Positions 29,136 to 42,489 of a DNA stretch of 64,000 nt are shown one piece after another; position 1 is the stretch's first letter, and each line of letters begins with the position of its first letter. Origin of the DNA: Lama glama (lineage: Eukaryota). The notes beneath the pieces are model-generated. The model made no database searches. It worked only from the letters and a program-made list of their open reading frames with translations, and was not told the DNA's origin. The stretch is taken from contig CM052817.1 of NCBI GenBank assembly GCA_028534125.1, positions 18,230,001-18,294,000 of the forward strand, read 5' to 3'. The translations under genes were made by a program, and so were the position numbers.

Positions 29136-30039
29136 CTGATAAAGAAACCAAGAAACAAAATGAGGGTGAGAAAACTTGTTCAAGATTAGGGAGTGACTCA
29201 GTTGTAAAGCCGGGCCAAGAACCGAGGTATTCTGCCTCCCACTTTGCTTTATGCACTGTTGCCTTCTCAGTCAAGAGCTAAATAAGAAATAAGAATTATG
29301 TAATGGATGAGTTTCAATTTCAACTCATGAGAAAGTGTTTGGTGTACATGACTAGTTCCTTTAAGATTGTCACTTTTGGTAGGATTGTCTGACAGAGTGC
29401 AGCTCTTTTTTGTTAACTGCTAACTGTTCTCTGTCATAGACCAGACATCTGGTTTTGGGTCTTCCGTGTAAGGAATTTCTTCTTGAAGTTGACTCCTAGG
29501 ACTGTTTTGCCATCAGGTCCTATTTACCTGATGAATCTTGTCTGTACAGAACATAGTAAAGAACCAGGGAGTTAACAAAAAAAGCCTAGCCGAAATTATA
29601 CTGTGTCCAAGAATTAGATATTATTTCCTTTTCTCCTGTGAGAACTCCATGCCTGTTCCCACTGAGATTTCAATTCTTGGTTTGTTCCCAGGGCTGAACT
29701 AAGACATTTGTTAGCTGTTTTTCTGAACTTTGCGGACAGGGAAAAAACAAATCAGAAAGTAGTAGTAGGAATTCTTCTATAGAGTCATAAACTAATAGCA
29801 ATGTTTCTGGGGAAACTGCCTCACAGTGAGGGAAAAGACACAATACAAAGAAGGAGCCCAAAGTTACAAACATTTAAGCCTGGGGTTTGGGACGTAGAGA
29901 CCTTGCACACATTAGTAGACCCTAAGATTACCATGATGCTACATTCCAGCATAAATGTAATAATCCTGATGAGATTCTGAGTCTGTGAAAAGTGGTTTAA
30001 AAGAGAGAACTGGGTATTTAAAAAGAGTTCTGTCCAACA

Positions 30040-30680
30040 TGATTACAGTAATAAGATACACAATTTTATGAGTGCTCACTGTATGCCAGGAGTTTATGCT
30101 ACGCATATTATTGCAAATATTTTGCTCATAAATTTTAACCCTCACTATACATAGATATTATTCTCACTTACAGATGAGATGTGTAGGTATGAGATGCTAT
30201 TATATGGCAAAGGCAAGATTACTTGTGTCTTCTCCAAAGTCCATGTTTTCCCATACTACTATTAAAAGCTTTGTTTATAGAAGCAAGTTTAACTGGGAAA
30301 TTAATTTATGTGTAATGTCACATAATCCACAATTCCACATAGTTTGAAGCATTACTGTATCTTGTCTGGAGGGTAATCAGCTTCTCAAAGTTAGAAGACA
30401 GAAAATCTGGTACATATTTTATATAGTGTTATTTTCCATAAAACAAAAGCTTTTGGGTGAATAATAGTACCACTTTATATTTTGTGTGGTTTAAGTACTT
30501 TTCACATAAATGATTTCGTTCTTAAAGACTCAAGGAGCCTAAAGTCAGGACAAGTCATAGTAACGCCTGTTGTACATGAAACAATAAGCCTCAGAAAATA
30601 AAGAACTTGCTAAAGGTCACAAATACAATAAATCATGAAGTTGGGTCTAAAAGCCAGGTTTTCAGATATTCAGACTGTTT
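30040..30680 (-). mobile_element. Two degenerate MIR SINEs, antisense
   Basis: gagtgctcactgtatgccagg...ttacagatgaga; later aacttgctaaaggtcaca. Confidence 0.6.
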
Positions 30681-32674
30681 TTTTCTGTGATCTGTTTTTA
30701 CTTATTGCTGTTTTATTCCTAAGAGATAAAAATTTTGCAAATAAAGACTCATTTTAAAATAATTTAATAATTCATCATTTGTAAAAGCTACTAATTACTC
30801 AATTTTCACTGCATCCATTTCCCTATAAATAACAATGTAATTCAAAGTGAGGATTGGAATCCAGGTCAAATGATAAACGTATGAATAATAGTAGAGAAAA
30901 TAGTTGCTATTGTTGGAAGGTTAGAATTTCTAAAATTTTGAGACATTATTTGACAGTCGGTCAAAACATTGATCAGCCTCAGTTTATACTAGAAGCATGT
31001 CAGTTCTGTGTTAAGTGTGTTTATTGAGCTCTTTTAGGGAAAATAAAATCATGAACATAACATTAAGGAAAATGTTTATGATTAAAGAGAAGAACATGAG
31101 TGAATTTGTTCTGATTCTCTGTATACTTCCTTAGCAATGAGAACTGTATGGGAATTTTAGCTTTACAATTGTGTGAGAAAAGGGCCTGCTGACCTGCGCT
31201 CTGCAGTGTTGTGTAGAACTCTGTGTCACAGGACCCGAGCTCCTGTGCTCTCTTCTTGAGGGATCAGCAGGGATATCACAGCTTAGCCAGTTGTCTCACT
31301 AAGCACGGTGCTGTCCCAAGCACGTTGCACAGAGAATCAAGTCAGACAAGTATTGTTAGGGTTTGTCTTCAGTGAGTAAATGCTGTTTTACCCTTACTGT
31401 TAATATCTATATCTTGAATTGTCTACTGCCTGTCTGGTTGTGATTCTTTTTAAGTTTTAGAGTTTTAAAAAATATTTTTCTACCTTTTTTCCCCCTGTGG
31501 TATCTGACAGTTGTTCTATTTATAAAAATTTGTGTGTAATACTCTAGTTTATTCTGGCACACAGTAAGATTTATTTAAATAAATTAGGCTTGGTCAGATC
31601 AAACATTCTTCTGCACATTAGTTTAGGAATTCAGTGTTAGTTACCTTACTTAACTTTGGGGCAGATTAATTTGCGGTTATGGTGCTCCAGAAGCAGGATG
31701 CTCCGTGGTCCATCCATCACTGTGTCTGCAGGTCTTGAGTGTGTGTACCTAATTCCATAAAACCCATCACGTATCTGTACACATTCTTAGCTTGAGCTCG
31801 TGCTGGTTTTCAGGCGACTCATTCCTGGAATAGGTTTTCTCTTCCTTCTGTGTTATCTTCTTAGTGAGACTTTCCTTAAGAATTTTTTCCTTAGCACTTA
31901 ATACCACTTCACACACTAAACATTTTAGTTTTCTGTTTATTGTCTGGCTCCCCTAAAGGGTAGCTGGAAGAAAAACTTCTACATCTTGACGCTGAAGCTT
32001 TTCATAGTTTCCCATGAAAGAATCAAGAAGACTCTCACCCAGAATCTAGTTTCTTGAAATTTACACTTGGTCTGCAAATGCTAATTTATTTACTTCCTGG
32101 TATGTTAGAAGCAGGAAAAAATTAAATAGAGGTGACAAAACAGACTGTAATAAGGAGATATGCTCATAACAGTGTGAAATAATTGGCCATAAAGATGCCA
32201 TAAAAAACTTTTAAAAATGATATAATTACTTTTGAAAGTGAGTGTCTAGTTAGATGATTACAGTGAGGCCCTCTGGGAACGTTAGAAGAGGTGGCAGAAC
32301 AGGTCTGCACCCTGTTGGGGATACTTCTGCATGTCCTACTCCATGAACAAAATACACGTTATGAGAAAATGTAATCAGTTTTGTACATGTCTTAGATTTA
32401 TTTTTCTCTTAGTGAGTCTGGCTATTATAAAATATAAAAATGCAATATTGCAACCTAAGATATATGTGTAAGCTGCCTCTACCCTCTGGCTTTACAACTT
32501 TGCTTAGCAAGTTTAAGATGTATTTAAAACTTCACCTTCAGTTTTAATGTTAGAAATATACTGTTTTAGACTGTGATTTTAAAAAATATTTGCAAAGAAC
32601 ATAATTCAAATTGCTTTTTCTTTCAATATGGTACCAAAAAAAAATCTTAGTTTCTTAAAGAAATCTTAATGTAA

Positions 32675-33004
<330 letters not shown>

Positions 33005-33234
33005 TAGAGGGATTAACCAGTTGGGATACAAAGATCTGAATAAAATTTTTAGTATCACAGATTCTTTTCATGAATTGGAACTCATTGCATAAATTGACCC
33101 TGTAATCCTAGGCTGCAAGGTAAAATTACTTTATTTAGAGAAGTATATACCTTTCAGAATGAACTTCATATCCTGTGAAAATCAGCCCTATTATCATCAT
33201 CATAAATGTTTTATACGGAGCTTTTCTCCTCTAG

Positions 33235-33258
33235 GGTGCTGCTTCATATCCAATTCAG
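33235..33258 (+). CDS. STIM2: Alternative 24-nt microexon, orthologue of the STIM2.1/STIM2beta insert; encodes GAASYPIQ
   Basis: ttttctcctctag|GGTGCTGCTTCATATCCAATTCAG|gttagt; phase 0-0; lies between ...AKDE and AEKIKKKR, where human STIM2.1 inserts VAASYLIQ. Confidence 0.9.
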
Positions 33259-33661
33259 GTTAGTAGTTACTAGAAATTAATGTCTGACTCTTAATAATTG
33301 TGTGAAATTAGATTGAGTCTTGATCTGATTTCTAGAAGAACAGCAACAGAAAACTCAGTTCACTCACTAACACCTCCGTTGCAGTAGGTTATAGTTCATG
33401 TTATTCTTCTGGTTTTGATAGAAGATTCAGGCCTTTTTTGATTCATGAAAATAAGAGAGAAAGCCTCCAGAACAAAGTTTGTCTTAGGAAAGCATGCTTT
33501 CTTCCTCATCTGTTTTCTTCTTTGGAAGGTAGGGCTATATCTTGGCTCATAATTATCTCCATTGGTTTATGATTACTAATATATTCAAAACAAAAGAAAC
33601 CTCACTAGCATGTGTGTATTTTTCCCAACCCAGTCTCACTTCTCTCACCTTGGGTTTTTAG

Positions 33662-33763
<102 letters not shown>

Positions 33764-34002
33764 TAAGGCGCTGCCGCAGCCGTCTGTCTGTTCTCACTGT
33801 GTTGACGTGTGTAACTTGTAGACAACTTAGGTTTTAGTTTGTCATTTAACCATGAACTTTTACTCATTTTATACTAATTCTAAGAGGGGGTAATTTCTTG
33901 AAACTGGTTACTTACCCTGGCCTGTTCATGTAGTTGCCTTTTTTCAGTGATGTATTCAAGGCTCTTGGAGGCAGCAAGTAATTCCTGTACTGGCTTTTCC
34001 AG

Positions 34003-34241
34003 GAAAGCTCTCTCTGAGTTGACAACTTGTTTACGAGAACGACTTTTTCGCTGGCAACAGATTGAGAAGATCTGTGGCTTTCAGATAGCCCATAACTCGG
34101 GACTCCCCAGCCTCACCTCGTCCCTGTATTCTGATCACAGCTGGGTGGTGATGCCCAGAGTCTCCATTCCACCCTATCCAATTGCTGGAGGAGTCGATGA
34201 TTTAGACGAAGATACTCCCCCAATAGTGTCACAGTTTCCTG
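34003..34241 (+). CDS. STIM2: STIM2 coding exon (exon 10 equivalent), end of CAD/SOAR and acidic segment
   Basis: ttccag| ... |gtaagt; 239 nt; KALSELTTCLRERLFRWQQIEKICGFQIAHNSGLPSL...GGVDDLDEDTPPIVSQFP; phase 2 to 1. Confidence 0.97.
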
Positions 34242-34549
34242 GTAAGTGGTGAGTTCAAAAAAGAGAGCTGGCACAGTTTTAGAGTAACTTTCTACCGTGC
34301 CTTTTATGAATCATTTACTTTGAAATCTATGATGAAAATTGTGTTCATTCTTGTCTTTTTTTTCTCTTTGTTGTTTATTGTGTTTACTGTTTGAGAATAC
34401 TATGTGAGGTATGCGTGATACACACAGATATACACACACACATATATATATAATAACGTATCATGCATGCTGAATTGTATGAATGAAGTGCTGAACTTTG
34501 AGGGAGAACATCCTTTCATATGGCAGCTTAATCTATGGTAGAAAGTAAA

Positions 34550-34745
34550 AATTAGAGAAGACCTTGGAGACCTGAGTTCCAGTCCTCGTTCTGCCACTGA
34601 ACAATGTGACTTTGAGCCAGTTGGTTTATTTTAACTTGAGTTGCCATTCCCAACAGGCACGTTTCATAGTGTTTTGTTTGCTTTCCCAGTTCTACGCTTT
34701 TATTAAGTGTATTACCCTGCTGTATTTGACGCATGAAGCACTAAA
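34550..34745 (+). mobile_element. MIR SINE
   Basis: gagacctgagttccagtcctcgttctgccactgaacaatgtgactttgagccag. Confidence 0.7.
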
Positions 34746-36499
34746 TCGGTTTACCTTTAAAGAAAATTAAATTGTGTTTGTGTTTAGAAAACGTACTTTT
34801 TTTTTTTTGTTGCTAGAAAGTGGAGCTTCTCCCAAAGGTGGTTTTAACATGTACAGTTTTTATCATAATTCTTTTATAAACACTGTCTTCTTTGAAAATG
34901 TTTACAATATAAAGAATACATTTTGATAGGAAGGTGAAATTTAAGTATTTTAGATATTATTAATTATAGAATTTATTTATAAATATTTAGACTTCTTGCA
35001 ACATTACAGAGTTTAAATTTAAAATGGTATATGTCTTGTAGTAGAAATCACTTGAAAACTCTTTATTCCTATTATTACCTGCCTGATTCATTTCTCAATC
35101 TTTATAACCTTTTTGAAACAGTGTAAATAGAACAAGAGTCCAAAGAATGGAGAGCAAAATTTAATCACTGATCTGTTGAAAACTTCACAGAAATTCCATC
35201 TTTGAGACAAATCATGATATATGAGCATTCTCCAATTTGAATTTTTCTGTCCCATTGTTACAGCTTTCCTAAAGTTATGATTTAGGAAGGGTTCTAACTT
35301 CAAAACAATGGTATTAAATAAAGCCCTAAGTTTGCAAATAATTGGTGAGTGACTATGCGCTTGTGTTCATTTCTGTGATTTTAATTATATAGTTTAATGC
35401 AGACATAATGCAAGCTGACTGGGGAGACACTAAACTCATACAAGAGGAGGGTCGGAAGGACAGATTGTAAATGCAGTGAATACTGGCAGCGCATGACCTC
35501 AGTCCTTTCACTTGCCCTGTGCTGCAAGGTAGTGATGGTTGCAAAGTTTAATCTAGATCTGGGCCAGCTCCGCTGTTTGAATATTAGCAACCTACGTTTA
35601 ATTGAATTATGTGTCCTTAAGCTTGCCATATGCAGCACTGATTCATCAGTATATGATTTTGTTTGAAAATGATAGCTTTTTAGAGTTGCAGTTCCTCCTT
35701 AGAATCCGCACTTGTTCAGTATCAGAAGTGTGCCTAGACGTATCCCCTGAAGCTAAGTAGTTCTTTACTTTGCTTTTCGTGTCTGTAAGTACTTTCTGGT
35801 GGGACAGGCTCTCCATATGTGCATTAAAATAAAACACTTAACACTAGATGTGAGTAATTTAAGTTTTTAGTGACTGTGATATACAGAGAAATGGGAACTT
35901 TTAAATATAAAAATGTACAAGAGTTGATTTTAAGTTCAGTATGATGTTTTAGAAATGCTGGAGTTTATTATCCCTGAAAAAATAACTTTTGCCAAAGAGT
36001 ATACTTCGAGAGCTCTATCTCCACCCAGTGGCACAAAAGTAATACTCCACTCTAGTTATAAAAGCATAAATAAAGACTTGGCAGTAGGACTAGAGTCTAG
36101 AGTAGGATGAAGGCTCTTCATTATATATCCTTTTGAGTGGTTTAAATCTGCACCATGGGTATGTGTAATTGGTCTAAGTATGAAGTAATGACAAGGAAAC
36201 CTGCCTGTGGTGCATTAGTAGCAAAGTGAGAGATTGTAAAACCATACTCAGAATAATACTGTCTATATTTAATTATATATAAATTAAAAAAAATATTATC
36301 AAGTGTTAGCTCTGTGTGGATAGGAGAACAGATGATAATTGTTTTCCTATTACCTTTATAGTATCTACTAAATATTCATAGTGGGAATGTAGTTGTAATT
36401 TATTTAAAGTTTCTTATTATAAAGCACTTTAGATGTGCTTAAAAGTTCTGAAAATGAATTGCCCATCTACTACAAAGGTAAACAGATTTCAATATTTTT

Positions 36500-39400
36500 G
36501 CTCTATTCATCTTTCTTTTCCTCTGAAAAGGAAAACACATCACCTCCCCTTCCCACTATTCTAAGTGGGAATCTAAGCCTGTTGTGCTTTTATTACATGC
36601 AGATACATCTATATGTAAGTAATAGATACAACTGTTGTTTGTAGAAAAATATACATAAATGTCATCAAACTGTAGGTATCATTTTTCAACTCTTTTTGCT
36701 CCAAGGTATGTTTTAGAAAATTTCCATGTTTATATATATATATAAATTAATTAAATTCACTTCAACTGTTTAACATAAGTTAACCACAGTGTATCTGTTT
36801 TATTTATTATAATAATAACCAGAGTTTATCCGTTTTTCTACTCAAATAAGTTCTTTCTACTTTTTGCCCTTGCAACCAATACTGCAAATGAGCATCCTTA
36901 TCTCTTACCTCCTTGTTCCTAACTTTGAGAGTTTCTCTGGGTGGACACCTAGAAATGGATCACCAAGTCCTTGGGAAGGCACCTCTTACTAGTTGTTGCC
37001 AAGTTGCTTTCAGAATGGTTCTATCAGTTTACACACTTAATTGTTTTTAAGTGCCTGTCTGCCTGTATCCTTACCAATACTTGGAATGATCTGATTCATC
37101 TGTTTTGTAACTTGAATGGGAGTTATATGATATCTTATTGCTATTAGAATTTTTATTTCTTTGATGATTACTGAATTTTTAGATGCCGTATAGCTTTTTT
37201 TTTTTTTAAGTTACATGTGTTACCTTTCTTTAAAAAGTTACACTTCAGTTGCTTGTTGCTGATATGTAGGGAAAAGCTGTTGATTTTAGTACACTGATTT
37301 TGTTTACAGAAACACTGAATTCTTCTATGCAAGTGTCTTGGATTTTTTTGTGTGGACAATAATAATGAATTGTTTTTTCCTTTCCAATTGTTAACCCAAT
37401 CTAAGACCTCTAGTAAAATGTTGAATTAAAGTGCTAAGGTGATTGCAGGCAAATGGTGAATGCTATTTCTGACTTTAAATAGAATGCGTCCAGTATTTCA
37501 TCATAAAGTGTTTTGTTTTTTTCTTTTGCTCTGTTTTTGATGGATCACTTTTAAGTTAAGGAAATTAATCTCTATTTCTATTTTGCTAAGAATGGTTTTT
37601 CTTTTAAATCAACTTTACCAAATTCTTTTTCTTTTTTATAATTGAGGTATAGTTGGTTTTCAGTGTTGTGTTAATTTCTGGTATACAACAGAGTGATTCA
37701 GTTATATCCAAATTATTCTGTATAATTTGAGATATTTGCTTGTTTCTTTTTTTATTGGGTTGAATTTTAATCTGTTTAAATGCATTCCTTTAAATGTCAG
37801 TGAAGCTATTTTTGTCACAATGTTCTATTTTTACAATAATTAGATTTGGTTTGCTATATTATTTTATTTAGGGTTTTTACATTTTTAATCATACATTAAA
37901 TTATTCAGTAATTTTCCTTCCTGACACTCTTTGATTTTGACATCAAGATTACATTAGCATCATAAAATAAAGCAAGGAATACTCCTTTTTCTTCCATTTC
38001 AATTTTTTCCCTACTCTTACAGAGGCAATGTAGTACTTAAGAATTTGGTCTCTGAAACAAGATTCCTTGGGTTTGAATCCTTACTCCTCCATTTTATCCT
38101 ATCCTATCCTTACTCCTACATATATATGTAATGTTGTCTAGTATTTTGTTTTGTTTTCAGTCTCTCACAAAACATTTTTTATTTGTGTAACTTTTTGAGA
38201 GGTACTCTCTCTGAGTCTCAGCTTCCTTGTTTGTAAAATGTAACCTATCTTGTGAAGCTTTCATGTAATTTAAATCAACTACTACTCCTAAAACACTTAG
38301 AACAGACCCTGGCCCATAATAATCCTCAGTATGTTTTGAAGTTTATTCTGTATTCTGAAATATAAGATACAGATTATTCCATGAATATTTTGAAGAGATT
38401 GCCTATAAATTGAGCTCTGTGTGTTGGCATGAGGGCAAGAGACAGATTTTTAAATTACTGATTCAATTTCTTATAATGGTTCTAAGTCTAGATTATTAAG
38501 TTATGTATTTCTAAAATATTGTCTGTTTTATCTGAGTTATAAAATTTGTTGGCTTAAAGTTGTCCATAGTTTTTTATATGGCTAAAAAAAAACTCACATC
38601 TTTACATCTTCTTTTAATTTCTCCTCCCTTTATTAATCTGACACAATTTGTCTATTTTATTTCACTCTTTGATTCTAGAGAGCTAATAACTTGGTTGGTT
38701 TTGTTGATATTCTCTATTTCTGATCTTATCTTTTATTTTTTTTGAATTTACTTCATTTGTTTTTAATATTTAGACACCTAGCTTATGAATTTTCAGTCCT
38801 CCCTTTTCCCTTAATGTATGATTTTATGGCTATGAGTTTCCCTCTACGAACCACTTTAACTGAATCTGCAAGTTTTGATATGTGTAGTATGATTATCATC
38901 TAGTTTTAAAATGTTTCCAACTTTTAATATGTTTCTTGCAAAAGCCATTTTTTAATTGTTTTATTCAGTCACTGTTCGGAAATACTTAATGTGTTTCTCT
39001 TCATCATTGCATTTTTTGTTGTTTTGTTTTGTTTTGTTTTTGTTCATCATTGCATTTTGCTTTTTACTCTTTCCTTTTTTCCCCCTTCTTCTTTGAAAAT
39101 ACATTCTTTAGTAAAAGTTCTTTCATTGAGCAGCTGGGAGTGGTGAATTCTCTCAGTCGTTGCCTGAAAATGTCTTTATTTTCACTCTCACTTGAGAATA
39201 ATAGTTTAACTGGATATCAGATTCTAGATTAGCAGTGATTTCTCCCAGAGTATTTTGAAAATATTTGTCATTATTTTCAGGCTTCTTATTGTTACCATTG
39301 AGAAGTTTCAGTCAGTGTTCCATGTAATCTTTTTAGGTAATTGTTTTTAGGTAATTTCTTACTTTTTTCTGATTGCTTAGAAGATGTTTTCATTTTCTTT

Positions 39401-40000
39401 TGTTATATGATTTCACTATAATCTAATTAGGTGTGGAAATTTTTCCGTGATATTTGGCATGCTTTTGAATCTGAAGATGTATATCTTTTTTTCAATTAAG
39501 GAAATGGAAAAATTAGCCATTTTTCTCTTTGAATATTATTTTCTTCTCTCTATTTGCTCCTACTGGGATATTAGTTGTATAGAAATATTAAGACTAGTAT
39601 TAGCCTATTACTTATATATTGGATCTTATTTTATCCTACACATCTCAACCTTTCTTTTTATCGAATTTTGCTGCAGTCAGAGAAATTTCTTCAGATCTGC
39701 CTTCTAGTGTACTTGTTCTTTCTTCAGCTCTAATTTTGTTCACCCTATTCTTTGAATTTTTAATTTTAGTGACTGTTTTCATTAGTTCTCCTTGAGTCTT
39801 CATTAACTCTACCTGTTTTTTTAATGCCTTGATCTTTGCTCATATTTTTCAATTTTTATTTTATAGTTGAATGGTTTTAAACATCGTTAATTTTTACTTT
39901 TTTTGGATAATTGTATTATTTGATGTTCTTGATAGATTAAGGTAGCTGTTCCTTCAGTTTGCTTACTAGATTGCCTTCTCCTGTTTCATAGTTTTTTAGT
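36500..40000 (-). mobile_element. Fragmented old L1 (L1ME-like), antisense, with a nested + strand MIR at about 38020-38340
   Basis: T-rich body with L1 antisense motifs (aagacctctagtaaaatgttgaat, tgaaaatgtctttattt...ggatatcagattctagatt); MIR core gggtttgaatcc...ctctgagtctcagcttccttgtttgtaaaatg. Confidence 0.65.
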
Positions 40001-42147
40001 AAGCTATCTTAAAGGGTCTTGCTTTTTATTCTCCCCCATGGAAAGCATTAGTGAGAAGGAGTAGTCTTCAACGTCGTTTCTTTTGCTTCTGGCAGTAGTT
40101 TCGAGGGCTTCCCCTACTCAGTACCGTTTCTTTGGTTAACCTTTTGGATTTAGATTTCACAGACCTTTTGGGTAGTATAAACTTGAGCTAGTATGAGTTA
40201 GCTCATATTGGGTTTGAGTATTGAATACCCAGAGTATTGAGTTATTCACAAGAACCTTTTAAAACTCCTGTATCCAGAGAGCAAGGAAGTTCCCTTGCTC
40301 ATTGGTCAGAGTTTTTCCCTAATACACCCTCCCACTGAGGAATGTAGCCCATCTGGGCCCAGGCTTTTATCCAGAACTCTCACTCACAATTCCTCTCCTT
40401 ACCTCATATGGGCTCAGGACATCATTTATATCCCCAAATTAAAACCCAAATCTTTAAATTACTGAGACCAAGAACCTCCCACAGCAGTTCCAGCGTCACT
40501 CACAGGCCTGTTAGCTCTGACTTTTAGTCCCTCTGCTTTGGCATCTGAGAATTTTGTCTTCTTTCTTGCAAACTCAGCTATGCATTTAAAACTATTGTTA
40601 GATTTTATTCAGCATATTGAAGTGTTTAAAGGTATTTAAAGTGTGTGATTGGGGGCTGGGAATGGTGGTCAGATTTCTTTGACTGCTGTATTACTAAAAC
40701 TATTAGTCCATATACTAATTATTATTTTTGGTTGTTGGTGGCAGGGGGTACTCCCTTATTGAAAACCAGATTTTATCTTGTTGTAAGAAAATACAGTTTG
40801 CAAAATAGTGTCATAGTAAATGGCTATGCTTTCATGTGTAATTATTGATATTAGAATGAAAAATTATCTTAGAAGTTAACTTCTATATAGTGAATTTCAG
40901 TGTTTCATTTAACTACTTACAAGTTGCAGGTGGGGATGGCTGTCGGCCTTCAGTGAAAGGGAGCAGAATGTGTGAAATAATGAGGTAGAAGTGTGGTCAG
41001 ATCTTAATTGATGTCTTAAACTTATTATTTTAAAAATGGAGCAATTCTGAATAATGACAAGACCAGGCAGGGCATGAGAGTGGGTGGAGGTTCATGTCTG
41101 GTGAGAAGAGATGAAAACCACGGTTGGTTATGGTGTTGGGTACATCTCAGAGAGGAGATTGTTCCGGTTGACGATAGGCTGGATGGACTGGTAAGAGAGA
41201 GAATGACCAGGAAGCGACTGATGAAGTGGAGGTGAAAGATACACGTGGCCTAAAAATGTGAGCTTCAGAGGAACATGTTTTTATAAAAGGATGTGGGAGT
41301 AAGGGTGTACAGACAGTGCTGGGGAGTGGGAAGACCATCAACCTGATGATCTGATGCTGTAGTATGTGAGGTGAGGTGCATAAGAATGAACAGCTTCAGC
41401 TTGAAAAGGTTATTCTTAGGAGAGCTATGTTTCAATTAAGGCAAAGAAATGAAATACCCATCCAGTGAAGATCTGAGCACGTGGAGGAAGTTTGTTTACT
41501 ACCTGCGTGGGTCTAGACTGAGACTGGTAGCAGGAACAAGGTAGTCTAGGACTTCTGGTTAGTTCCACAGTGGTCAGTGTTCTCTTGAGTTCCGCTCAGT
41601 TTTTGTCGGAACTCTACCTGACTCGGAAAACTGTATATACCATATTTAAATAGTCCTTGATTTAAGATTTCTCAAAGTTCAAACAAGTTGGGCTATCTCA
41701 AGAAATAGCCATTGAAAAATCCAACCTGTGTTTTTCTTCTTTTAATATTAAAATTCATTAAAAGATTTGCAACAGAGTACAGATGCCTTATAAATATGCT
41801 ATGTTGATTTTTAAATTTAAGGATTTATTCTCTTATGTAAATGTTTAAGTGTTGATGTTTTTTATATGAAAAAAAACCTCATGTATTTGTACTTCTGTTT
41901 ATTTTTTAGACCTGTTTTCATTTGTGTTACATTCTTTTCTTTCTCTCTCTTTTATTTCTTAACTTCCCTGAGAAGTGGTACAGGTGGATGGAGGGTGGTA
42001 ATACTTGGGCAATTACTTACTTGAATAAAGGTAGATTAAATGCTGACATAGTAGTAACGTCAGTTCCCTTCGGCGTGTGTTTGTAGTGTGAGTGAAAGGA
42101 GCACTAGATTTTACGAGTGTGTTTATTTTTTTATGCTTGGTTTTCAG

Positions 42148-42421
42148 GGACCATGGCTAAGCCCGCCGGATCGCTGGCCAGAAGCAGCAGCCTGTGCCGC
42201 TCCCGCCGCAGCGTGGTGCCGGCCTCGCCGCAGCCCCAGCGCGCCCAGCCCCCTCCGCACGCCGCGCCCCTGGCGCACGCCCGGCACCCCCACCACCCCC
42301 CGCACACGCAGCACTCGCTGCCTTCCCCTGATCCAGATATCCTCTCAGTGTCCAGTTGCCCTGCTCTTTATCGAAATGAGGAGGAGGATGAGGCCATTTA
42401 CTTCTCGGCTGAAAAGCAATG
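42148..42421 (+). CDS. STIM2: STIM2 coding exon (exon 11 equivalent), Ser- and Pro/His-rich region
   Basis: ttttcag| ... |gtatta; 274 nt; TMAKPAGSLARSSSLCRSRRSVVPASPQPQRAQ...HPHHPPHTQHSLPSPDPDILSVSSCPALYRNEEEDEAIYFSAEKQ(W); phase 1 to 2. Confidence 0.96.
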
Positions 42422-42489
42422 GTATTAGCCGTGAATTAACTACAGTACATGTTGGGCTGGGCAGTGGGAGGAGGGTGGGGAGGAGGGCT

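Noticed and set aside
35403..35528. Possible poison exon in intron 10 (tgcag|ACATAATG...GCAAG|gtagtg, in-frame TAA at 35468-35470)
   Set aside because: Poor pyrimidine tract, a competing AG 10 nt upstream and a mediocre donor; such pseudo-exons are common. It would need junction reads.
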